DNA of 64,000 bases, from contig NC_134026.1 in the NCBI RefSeq assembly GCF_964204645.1, positions 28,926,150 to 28,990,149 of the forward strand, read 5' to 3'. Positions 36,301 to 64,000 of the stretch are shown one piece after another. The notes under the pieces were generated by a model. That model did not search any database and was not told where the DNA came from. It saw only the letters and a list, made by a program, of their open reading frames with translations. The stretch comes from Tubulanus polymorphus (taxonomy: Eukaryota > Animalia > Nemertea). The translations under genes and the position numbers were made by a program. How positions within the stretch are numbered: the first letter of the stretch is position 1; each line of letters begins with the position of its first letter.

Positions 36301-39300
36301 GGAGTGGAGAAATTTCTTTTTCTCTAAACGTAACAATGTATCAATTTCTTTACAAATCATCATCGTTTTCCAAATTTACGAGGTCAATGGCGCCACCCTG
36401 AAGAAATACAAATCTACTTTCTTGAAAAATAAAGCTGATTGAATGTGATGAATACCTGGATGAACTGCGACGTGGCTGATTATATCTACGTTTTCTCGCT
36501 GGTGACGGCGACCTAGACGTCGATCTCGATCCTGATTGTCGCCGCGGTGACAATGATCGTGATCTAGCGCGCGCTCCTCCACTACGATTAGCCCGACGTT
36601 CTTTATCCTCTCTCTCCTCCTTTCTCATCGCTCGTTCTTTTTGTTCTTTCACTTTTCGCGCCTTCTCTTTCGCTTTGAAGAATTCATACAGCCCTAATTT
36701 CTCCCAACCTTCGCTGTGAAACGAAAAGATTTTGTTGTAAATTAATGAATCGAGTAATTTAAAAGGATATTATGAAAGCGGGCGTAAGATTGTCCGCTTG
36801 CAAAATGATGTGTTATAGAAAGTTGAATATACAACTTGTCACAAATGCATCGCTGGAAGTTGCAAGGCATTACTGGTAATTGCAAACAGAAGTAGGTCAG
36901 GGTAGCCACTTTCATTCGACTATTCCCTGACTCGATCTGTTAAGAATTCAATCAATTATGAAGGACATAGACAGAAACTGTTTGATTCTACATGTCATCT
37001 AGCAATCTCAAATTTCCTTTAATTTTACCCTGATTTTCAGCTTTTTTACAAAATTCCCTGACTATTCCCTGACATTTCTAAAGAAAAGAAAATCCCCTGA
37101 TTTCCAGGTAAGTGGCCAATCAATCATCACTGGTGCTCACAGAGAATGAGTTGCTAGCAGTCACAAAGTTGACCTGCACCAGGCTTTTAGTAAAACACCT
37201 GTTGACTAACCTGTCTCTCGGTCTGTCGTGATTCGGCGCGCTGTAAAATGCCTCAACTGCAGCTAATAGACGTTCACTAGGAGGCATTGGTGGTGGAAGG
37301 CGAATATCTTTAGGATCAAGTGGTTTATAATCAGAATCTTCCAGCTTAAGAAACATAAACGCATAAGTTATACAGAGTAATGATCTGACCTCGTAGTACC
37401 GTCAGGAGCCTGATCAGTCATGATTCCGACTGAAGACCAGTCTAAGACCATCTTAGTCCCAATCTAGTACCAATCAGTCTCAAGATTTGAGCCCACTTTT
37501 TGACTACTGATGACTATGGAACCGGCTCCAGGCGTGTTAATTTCAATAGAGAGAATACATAAAATATGAAAATATACCTTGACAAGAGGAGCCATAAGAC
37601 CACCAGGTAGGTCAAAGTACGGTACTGATGGAGTAAGATCTGGTTCCTGTTGACCGCCAGTCGGAAGATTATTAGCATTTGGAGGTGGTTGTGCCGGAGG
37701 AAATCCAGGTGGTGGTTTACTCATATCAGGTAATGGTATTGCTGGGGTAGGCATCGATCGCCCCGGTCCTGTTCCCTGATTAAAGTCCATTGCATTACCG
37801 CCGGGAGGTGGCTGACCTGCTCATCGCAGAAAATAAATAAATTCTCCATTCAATTTGCATCTCGATATCATATCTTTTCATCAATGATGATTAACACTTA
37901 CCGGGAAATCCGAATCTAGGGGGTGGACCAGAAAATCCTGGTGGAGGATGACTGAAGTTTGGTGGAGGCTGTGAAGGGTTGAAGTTGGGTGGTATGATAC
38001 CGGGCGGAGGTCCCTGTGGTCCGGTCGGCGGACCTTGCGGCGGAGGAGGTCCTTGCTGGCGCGGTTGAGATGGAACCGCAGAAGTTACAGACGGAATCTG
38101 AAATGCATTCTGTATATAAACACGAGCATTAAAACATGATGTAAAATCATGTGTAGAATGTATTATAATATGATCAACTCAATGAGTATATTGCCCTAAA
38201 TTCAAACTGTAAAAGAACATACCTGTTGGCCAGATGAATTAGGAGCTGATGACAAAGTTGGTATTTGAGAACCACCTGTATAATTTGAAATGTCTCAATT
38301 CATGAAAGTGATTACAACATTAAAATGCATTCAAGCCACAAGTCTCTATACTAACCCTGTTGTGATGGGGGTAACTGTATTTGAGGGGGTTGTTGTTGCT
38401 GTTGTTGTAGTATTGCTTGTTGTTGTGCCTGTATCTGTGATATTTGTGAATTCACGTGATTCACAAAGTCTTGATGCTGTTTCTGTAACATGCTGTATTG
38501 AGACTGAGTAGATTGACTAATCTGATTTACGAGTCCGCTGTGTTCCTTCAATAATTCTTGCTACAAATACGGTTAATTAACATCCACTATTAAAACAGAT
38601 ATCATCAAAGAAAAATAAGTATATTTATGGAAACTGGAAAATACTTGCTTGGAAATTCTGCATGCCTTTCACTGGATCTCTCAATTGCTGAAGTGAGAAA
38701 ACAATGAATTTAAAGACAACTAAATTGATAAGCAGTACTACAAGCAGATATTGCGACTTACTGATAAAATATCGGGCTTGAAATATTTATTTTGATCCCA
38801 CAGATTCAACAACTGAAAATATGAATGACAATTAATGTTTTGTGTGGTGGTATAGACAGGATTTCGAAAAATTTGCAACCTGAATATTTCATAAAAGACT
38901 TCATACCTTAATCAATTTGTTCTGGTTTTCCTCAGATATATTTTCACTGGCTTTACAGAAAATAGGAACGACTTTTCCCTCCAATGCATTCTTTAAATTG
39001 TCAGCATTTTTACGAACACTGAAAACAAAACAACAGCCGATTTTAGATAAATCTGAACAGGATCACGATGGAATAAATCATGAACGCACTATCAACATAC
39101 CAGTGGTGAAGAACATCATTAATCAAGTAAATTAGATGCAATCGTAATGGAAATGTAGCTTCTGGAGAAATTATCCTGTAATCAAATATAGATCCATTAA
39201 ATCTAAATAGGCTATTTCTCTTGGTCAATATGGTTAGTATTCAACTTACCGACAAAACAAATAATGGGCAACCAATTGTGCATGATCTTCAGACATATTG

Positions 39301-40509
39301 TGACTGAAAATCCAATTTTTTCCACCCTATGAAACAAAATTAAACAGTACTTTAATAAATATTTAGTCTACATAATATAATATCGATGATAAAATAATAT
39401 TTCACTAGTTACCGAAATGGCATCTTTAGTACAAGCCTCTATAATAGGTTGAGTAATTCGATCCAAATGTTCTTTATTTACGTCACATTTCTGACACAGA
39501 TTCAGTAGCCTCTCATCATTGAATTTTCTTATCGTCGCATCGATTTGAAACTGAAAACAAGAAGAAAATAAACTCAAATGCTTTTCAGACTTTTTAGAAG
39601 TCTCTCAAAATGAATGATTGTTATTTGTTTGAGTAAATTAACCTGCTGTTGTTGAACTAGATTCTGATATTGTGCGGCAAGATTCTGTTCGCTTTGTTTG
39701 ATCTGTCCGTGCAGCTGATCCATTTGAACTTGAAACTGTGGATCTGGAGGGGGAGGACCGACGACTGTTTGCGGAGGGGGTACAACAACCCCCGGCGGAG
39801 GTGTTTGCCACATCTGTGGTGGAGGTGGCTGGCCATGCTGAGCTAACACCTGATTTTGTTGTTTAATTACTGTAAAAAACAAACAGTGATTGAAATAAGA
39901 GTAGAATTACATTCAATTGACACACAACTGACATCATGTCCATGATTTTTCAATTACACCTATTGAATTATATATTTATGTATTTTTGTAATTATGTATT
40001 TTTGAATGATTTAAATGTTTACATAAAAAACTGGGCCCATTGTATATAAGTATGCAGGCTGATGGATCCTCAATTAGCCCAGCTACATAAACAAGCCCAT
40101 TAGTTTAATGAATTATGAGATTAATGTTCTACTCACTTGCTTGTTCCGATGTGACTCTGTACTGATAGTAATTGAAATTTTCGCCGCCGAAGAGAAATGA
40201 AAACTTCGGGTTGTCCTTTTGTTTTTCTTTTGTAAGACGTTCAAATTCGCCACCATTTCTGGCTACGAAATTTGCAAGCTTATCAATAATATTCTTTAGT
40301 TCATTATCTGAAAAAGATGAGCAACAAAATTAATTTGTGCGTTGTGATTGTTTTTGATCATTTTTTTAGTTTACTTAAAATTGAGCAGATACTGACGGCC
40401 CCTGAGCATATTTTGTCATCACGATTTAAGGCCCAAAATGTAATTCCATAGGTTGAATATATTATCAATGATAAGTTCGCTTACCTTCTGGAGGTTTCGG
40501 CATCTCCAT
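33319..40509 (-). CDS. CHERP: Calcium homeostasis endoplasmic reticulum protein (SURP, CID, Pro-rich, RS and G-patch domains), multi-exon
   Basis: MEMPKPPEDNELKNIIDKLANFVARNGGEFE (SURP), CTKDAIS..GKNWIF and LRLHLIYLINDVLHH (CID), PSVPYFDLPGGLMAPLVKLEDSDYKPLDP, RS tract, and G-patch NKGHQLLKKMGWGGQGLG...DPFEQFRKNKS. Confidence 0.95.
36898..37121. mobile_element. Degenerate hAT-type MITE in a CHERP intron
   Basis: Ends CAGGGTAGCCACT and AGTGGCCAATC with multiple TTCCCTGA subterminal repeats. A related end CAGGGTGGCCACT lies at 36235. Confidence 0.6.
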
Positions 40510-40734
40510 ATCTCCCGAGATAAATAACTGAATAATAACTCCGGTGAGTTCAGTGCGGTAACTAGTAATCCAGTGCCACAATCGAGTCCTGTTTACGCAT
40601 TATAGGCTTTTTCAAGTCCTGCATCCGGATCTTAGGCATGACTAAATGCTCACGTGATTAAAAGATGGAGGGCGTAGTGTTGACATCGCATTTGATGAAA
40701 TATATTTTAAATTTCACGAATTAATCCCAAAAAT
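40510..40734. promoter_or_regulatory. Bidirectional promoter region of CHERP and USP32 with a palindromic E-box TCACGTGA (40650-40657)
   Basis: The divergent ATGs at 40509 (-) and 40735 (+) are separated by only 225 bp. Confidence 0.7.
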
Positions 40735-53195
<12,461 letters not shown>

Positions 53196-56100
53196 ACCCA
53201 CCACATATATATATATATACATCATTACCTCACTGAACTCATATGTTATGAATGTTTTGTATGATTCTGCGAATGTTTTGTTTCTTTTAAAAAATGTGTT
53301 CTTGATGACAGTTGGAAACGTGACATTGATTTTCATAACATTCCCACTTTGTAACCCTGTATCCATGTTGTACTGAATATTAAAAAACACTGAAAATTGA
53401 AACGAAAAACTTAGTAATACCTGGAAACAGTTGTTGCCATACTTTTTGTGTTACCATAATTCTAACAAAAGTCTAGAATTACTCAGTAAGGCATTAATTA
53501 TATTGGTAGGTCAAGAGACTTTAAATGAAAATACTGTATATCAGTTATAATGAAATGTCCCGGTAGTTATCTATAAAACAGATGGCTCCTGATCGAGCAC
53601 ATATCAGTCAATGAAAATAAAATCAAGCCCAAATCTATTATAACCTAGGCTGAAATGTATAATTACATGTACTTATAAATGTCATGAAATGTATATAAAT
53701 GTGGATGTTACTCATCATTTTCATTTCAAATCTTCAGTTATCATCATCTTCATATTCCATTTCGTATTTTGCCTAATTTCGGTGCTTTTAACATTGTTTA
53801 ATGTAAATCTTTATTTTACCCGCTATACTGAGAACCAGAAAACGTATTATGAACTGTAGTTAATGTACATGTATATAGAGCATATTATATTTTGCAGCAG
53901 CTGATTCTGGTCAATTTGCGATTATAGGCTAGTCAAACTAAAACTATGAGATAGTTTAATTAATCAACCCCAGTGAAAAATCATTTTGAAGTACTGGTAA
54001 ATGGTAGATTATGGAATAAAGAAATAAGACAATATCTATTGATGTTATACTAGAGTATCTGCCTTTGGTTTGACTTAACCACAATATAGTAGTAACTGTT
54101 ATACGCTTCACTTGGTCAGCACACTCCTTATTCTATATAATACCCCAATAAGTGATAATTCATGCCCACTAAACCACACACTATTACACAGACATAGATG
54201 TCGTCTTGTTGTTGTTGTTATTGTTGTTTTTTCGACAATATTCCAGTACCGGGTAATGAATTCGAAGAATGATTCTAGATGTAAATTTTTGTACAAAGAA
54301 ATACAGAATGAATTAGATAAGCTAAGATATAACCGATAATAGTTCTGATACTGTATATTGTGAATGTTTGTATAGATCATTATGTATATTAACTGTTGAC
54401 GTTTTAATCATAATAAATACATGCTGCGTGTGTAAGTGAATAGTTTGCTGAAGTAGTTAGAATGATAAGACAGCTTTACATGCTCAATATCATATGAAAT
54501 AGTAGTTGTAGAATTGATTTGCATCATGTATTAGGATCAAGCCATCTCAACCATCAGCATATCCCAGTCGACAACAGCTAGATATGAGTGGTAATTGCTC
54601 ATCTTCTACTAATAACTTTTTAATGGAAATTGCTTGTACTATATGCATGTATGCCTTTTGCAAGTTTGGTTTTATATTTACTAAGGATAGTGTTCACATC
54701 GTGTGCACGTACATGTTTGTTGGTATAATTTTGTTCAGATAAGTGAGCATTTTACATCATCTTTGCTAAGTATTATATTTGGAGACCCACATTATCCCCT
54801 CAACTATGAGCAAGATTTACTTGCGAAGTTCTTTCAAGATGTGTAAATAATCTCACTGATTGAGTTAGGTATTTCATGGAAAAGGTGTATTCTGAAAAAT
54901 TCTCAATTTATAACAGCAACAAGAGGTCTGGAAACTACAACCACTATGCACAGATGGTCATGATATGAACGTATTTTATGCATCCATCTCCCATGTCAAT
55001 TTAAGCCCCGAATATGTTTGTCTTTGATGCAGCAATTTTGAATTTTTTATTCTTGAAATTAATGAAATTTTCTTTATGATGACTTTCTAAATGATTCTCA
55101 TTGTCTCATCACTGACTGCAAAAATCACGAAAACCAGTTCTTACGAGTGGATTAAACTTCATACATACAGTTGGCAAAAATACGTGGTAAGGAATTAATG
55201 GTAGGACTTGTTGAGACAACATTGTTTTATAATTATAAAGAGTTTATGTGACAGGAATGTTTTTTAAGTTGATCCACCCAAATGCTGGTATATATTTATG
55301 ATTGTTTAACTGTAAGATTACAGTAGTAACAATAAATAGTTTAATACATGTTATACAAACGTTTGACTTTCACTCACTGCTGATCATGGCTTTTATTTCA
55401 ATGACTTCAAAATCAGTCCCAAATATGGTTGTATATCTGCAGGCCTGTAGTCACGAAGGATTCTTTCACGCGGGAACCCATACAGCTCGAGCCTGTTCAG
55501 CTGAAAAACGTCGAAGGCTGACCACTGCCTCTCAATCTCCACATCTATACTTAATTTCTGTACATAAATACTAATTGATTGATAAATAAAGAGTTTTGCT
55601 AAAAATGAAATGTATTATGGAAAAGTTTTATAAAGAGAGAGACTTTTGACCGCCAAGCTCAGATGTTTAATAAATATTTGTAGCGATAATTCCAAAATTA
55701 TTGACTCATATATTTTATATAAATAGAATCTTCGGTGACTGTCTTGAACCTGCCACTGGATCACGTCTAAAATTTACATTATCAGGATGATCGAGCCACT
55801 GTGTAGAAAGAGGGCAGTAGCCTCAAAGCGTCCAATCGAATAAAGATCCTTGGATCAGAAATGAAGACTTGACGGCACAAGTTTTGAAACATTTATACCA
55901 CATGATACATTTTATTAAGCTTTATGTAATATTACTACAAATGAATGCTTGCAATGTGCCCCAACATATTTTTATACTTACATGATTAGAAGTTTATACA
56001 ACAAAACAATATGGTCTATAAAATTAGAAGATTTATGGTAGCAGGCACATTCAAGGCCAAGCCATCACGACAATAGCTTCCATTAAAGACATTGAAAACT

Positions 56101-56958
56101 GAATAGTGAAAAAAAATTATGTCGGTTTGAACATTGATTTCTCAACTCATGTGATACTTGTATATTACTGACCATTGCAGCCATTCAGATAGAAATAATC
56201 AATTAGGACTATACAGTAGATCACAATACAGGTAGATCACAACTTTGTCTTACCCTCACCTGAGCAGTGATGTATTTGGTGACGAATAATCAACCACTTT
56301 GACACATCAATCATCAGTAACAATTATGATAGAATTTAGTACAACCTAACAAAGCATGTCACCGGTCATCTGAGGCCAGCGACTTACTTCGATGTGGGGC
56401 TTCAATCTGGTGGTTAGATAACTTTAAACCCTGCATCTTCGGTGAAACTAGACTAACATAATTTATTGTTTGAGAACCCGTACATTGACCACAGATTCAT
56501 AAATATATACTTGTGGATTATTCCCAAAAACAACTACCGCTACTCATCTATAAAACCTTCACAACCTGATTTTGAAATAGCACATATCCATTCTCTCCTG
56601 GTAGTGATTATTGAAACAAATGAACAAATTACTGCAAAACCTGCTTCACAAAAGTGGCTAATTGTAGGATTGGTCTGTGTGTATAAATGGAAAAAAATAC
56701 AGTGATATTTCTAAAGGGAAACCTCACAAGTTTATAGACATAGTTCAGGTACCCAACATCGGAATTCTAATAGGGAAAGAAGGATCTCGATATCTAGTCG
56801 GGACATCATTCATAGCAAACAACATGATTATAACAGTACGGACATAGCTTTTTACTAAGTATCGCTAAGAAAAATTTTCATAAAAATAATCTTTTGAAAC
56901 TATACAATATGTCTTCTGCCGACTTTAATACATACAAATATACAATCATCGTATTATC

Positions 56959-56994
56959 AATAATAATATAATAATAATAATAATAATAATAATA
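56959..56994. repeat. (AAT)n microsatellite in the presumed ERK 3' UTR
   Basis: Run of AAT repeats. Confidence 0.9.
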
Positions 56995-58712
56995 GTAAAC
57001 AACACATATTGAGTTTTAAGACATAGATAACAGTGTTAGTTCTCTCTAGGGGCTTTAGCTTTTTGGATTTCATACTTTGTGCAAGGTTAATTTATAAATC
57101 CACCTTATGAAGCCGCCCATGCACTACATTCTATATCAACACAAGCCAGTGAGGATCAAGTCTCAAACAATCCTCATAGTGCTGCCTCCTTCACTTTAAG
57201 TACAATAATACATGCACATTTCACAATACCCGTTCTTCAACATTCTTCCAGTATCCTCAACCGTCCAGGTTTCTCAGCAAGGAGGCTAGGCAAGTGAATC
57301 TACTGTCGGTATATACATTCTTATATTTCTCCTGACATTTTAGAAATGCAGTGATATTCATTGAAATACGGTACTCAAAACCAAGCTATTTATAAGTCAT
57401 TTTACAAAAACTATGTGACACTGGTTTCACATGAGTATATTGATTGGTTGCAAGACAAAACAAATTGTAATTTTTTTGTTTTTGTGTCTCTCCATTTAAT
57501 CAATCCAAAAAAAAATGCGAGATTCCCTTGCAGAAGGCAGTGGGAGCTATTCGACATAAGGTGAATCTTGGAGGAATCCCCAAGAGTGAATCTGGTGGCA
57601 TCACCATCACAATCTATATAAAATCATTAGTGATTACGCAATTTTTTCAATTCAAAAACCTAGTCAACAGTTGTAATCATTACACACTGCCTCCACATAT
57701 CATTATCTAATTGAAAAAGAAAGAATGCAGATTCAGATAACAGAATTAGTTTAAAATCATTTGCGTTATTAAAACATGGTAAAACAAACAATATATCTTT
57801 GTTTATCGATTAATAACATTTCATTTTTGTGAGTCGATTTATTTACACATGACGTCGACGGTTTCTAAAAAAACGACAAACCGTTTTATATCAGATAAAG
57901 AGCCACTAAGCACCGTATAAAAAGACTATATTAGAGACAACCATTAAACGCGTGACAGGCTTACGTTTTCAGGACAACAATAATTCAAATCAAAATATGA
58001 TGAAAGTGACGTGTTTTTTATTTTTTCATTGAAAAAGGTGGCTGAAACTGGCAGTAAACAGCTATGATATCGACTCGAAAAAAGTAGCTTACTATCGATA
58101 TCAAGACTTTGTGGCTATAAATTTCATCAACTCATAATCTGTCATTTTCAGTCGTTCACATGGCGGATACTCATCCCTTTTCCTTCTTTCATTCACTAAC
58201 TGTTCAGCGTCAATCTACCAACCGATCATCTGCCGATGTCTCAATAGTTTATAGGACGATTCTTCGACTATGATGATGCCGTTCGCTGAGTATATAAAAT
58301 CGTTTTTTTTTTCCACAGTAGAACACCGATTATAAAAAGGTAGCTAGCAGAGATGAATCGATGATTTCTGGCGAGTGATCGAATGAGAAATACTCTTCTT
58401 GAACCTGGGAAAATATCATAAATACGAAATATCAGCAAAACAATACATCGTTAATCCATATCCGCCCAGATCCGTAATCCATAACCACCCAGCCATAGAC
58501 GCAACACTCAGAGTACACATACTAACACTAATTAAATTTCTAAAATGGAATGTGCCAATTCAGAATGACTTGTTTGCTGATGCGAACGTTTAGATCATTC
58601 TGAATAGGAATAGTCTAAATTTAGAACATTCTAAATATGAACGCAGCTTAAGCGCCCCATGCTATATTCATGCAGCTAATCCAATGTAGTTTATACTAAC
58701 CAGGCTTATAAA

Positions 58713-61814
<3,102 letters not shown>

Positions 61815-64000
61815 TTATTTGGACATTAACCATCACAAATTCAATACTTTAGAAAATAAATTACAAGTCATATTTATACTTTGATAAATGTCAGTCTTTG
61901 GGAGAATGATAATTTTGCATGCAGTAAATACATTAGACAATAGAGCTGGACATAATACAGAAATTACAGGTTAATTATGTTTGATGTAAAAGCGTTGAAC
62001 TAGATAAAACATTAATAATGAGAACTTGATGTATGACATTCCTGCTGATTATATATCTAACTACTACAAGCGCTCCACAGTCTGGTCGGTCATACCATGG
62101 ACCGCATTAAGTGATGAAACAAATGCGGTAACACGACCAACGCAAATTACCCTCAGGTGGGATCACGATACACCAGGGGGATGGGGGGGTAGGAGGGGGG
62201 AGGAAAGGTCTCCAGGCAATGAAATATTCAGCACGAGAGACTAGGTTTTAAAAATAAAAGTAATTAGTCGAACCATAAGTCATTTCATATAGGCCTAAAT
62301 CTATATCTACACCCAGGCTTTAAAAAGACAACGCTTCATTGAAATTCATTCAACTCGAAATCTTCAATACATAAATATGCTATCAGCAGAAAGAATAATA
62401 TAATGGGCCATATCCAGGCATTTGCAATGACAATCAGGTTAGACTGTCACAATTATTAACAGTGAAATATCTAGCACAAAATGTTGCCTTGATTACCGCA
62501 CATTGTCAAACACTGTTATCAACCCCATAATTCATAATACAGTTTAACCTCATACAAGACCGGATTATCATACTGTGTGTTAAAACATAGTAAAATTTCG
62601 CAAATTGACACTATAGATTTCGATGAAAGAAATATCGACCCTGGATGTTTTAAAGAATTTACAAACCTTCTTTTGTCAAATAGAACATGCGACTGAACTA
62701 ATTTTTCCACTGTCTATTAGACTTCGAAACTATTTCTATTCTTCAGTATAAATGACATTCTATTCTATGAGGCTACATTCACTTAATCTAAGTAAACATA
62801 TCTATCATCTTCAAAATTTATCAGAATAATGCCATGTTTTTCATCATTCTGTCTTCGTGATATTTCATTTTTTAATCATTTAGATTTCATGATGTGTAGA
62901 TCTCATCACTTCATAGTTCATAGACAGGCGTCAACGAAAAGGTCACGTAGTGCCTTATTGAATAAAGATACTAAAAACTACGGCAGATTTTTATGGTCTG
63001 CTCATTATTTTGATGGCGTTACAAGAATTCTGTACATTGTTCATAAGAACAAGATTGTGATGCACTCGGTGTTTGCGTCATCTGTAAAAAGAATCAACAA
63101 CGGATGCCTTGATCTCGGGGAGGTCCCTGGGAATTTTGCTAGTCATGTTTCTAATATAAGCAGAGAAATCAATGAAACATCGAGAGACTCGGCTTCAATT
63201 CAGCAATAACAATACGATTTAACTCTGAGGGAGGCAACTGTATTCAACATACGAATCAAATGTATATCTTCTGCCGCAATCATCACTCATGAGAAGTTAA
63301 TATCGCGACTTTTTTTGTTTAAATTACAGCAGGGCAATAACTGTTCGCTACGTGACGGTGAGGCACATTGAAAAATGTGGTGCAGGTAGCCTTCAAAAAC
63401 AATGGCACACCGAGCATAACATAATTACATGGGATTTCTGATCAAGGCAGCTCGAGTAATTCAATTACTGATTTTCTTCTGTAGTCTGACGGAAGTTAAC
63501 AGACCCGCCTAATCCCGTATTGTGTTTATGTTGCGGATAATAGCCCAGTTTCCCCCCAGTAAATTTCCTCTCTCCCTCTCTCTCTCTCTCTACTGTGATA
63601 ACCTGCAGTCATGTTACTGCATGAGAGATGCAGGAAAAATTCTGCCCAACCTCAATCTCTTCATAACTAATAATCATGTCAACATAACACACACCGACTA
63701 TTGGGAAAAAATACAGCTTTTGAGAATCAAAAACTGATAAATTCTATAATTCAATGCATAAGATGATGGTTTCAGTCTATAGATTAACAAATACATAACA
63801 CTTTTCTCTTATTTTGATTGACTTATAGCACAATCATTCATACATACATAACACCTATAAATAGATAAACTCTATGGGTAAACTAGTGATTATCACCGTC
63901 CTCACCCATCCCCCTCCCACATCATCAGACAATGTTACTCATTCGAAACTATCTACTCTTCATTCTAGTTGAATCACCTAATTGATAGACCAAACTGCTG

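Overview
AT-rich, gene-dense invertebrate animal genomic DNA with mostly 70-120 nt introns. It looks lophotrochozoan/spiralian, but the species cannot be determined from the sequence. Manual splicing gives these genes, in order: a probable first exon of an unidentified minus-strand gene, an acyl-protein thioesterase (LYPLA1/2), POP1, thioredoxin, an NPY/NPF-type receptor, two tandem CYP2-clan P450s, two tandem intronless peptide-receptor-like GPCRs (plus a dead stub of a third), a lipocalin, CHERP head-to-head with USP32, an orphan class A GPCR nested antisense in a USP32 intron, and the 3' part of ERK (MAPK1/3). Also present are several MITEs (some with visible TSDs or an empty site), SINE-like remnants, a minisatellite and a rearranged 28S rDNA fragment. 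The most notable observations are: a co-duplicated P450-GPCR unit next to a lipocalin that can be read as GPI-anchored or secreted; a 48-bp inverted exon copy inside a P450 intron; a structured, Sm-site-bearing ncRNA candidate upstream of LYPLA; an internally inverted, GC-shifted 28S fragment; two U12-type introns in ERK; and stop-introducing cryptic acceptors in CHERP. All gene models come from reading by eye and no searches were run.
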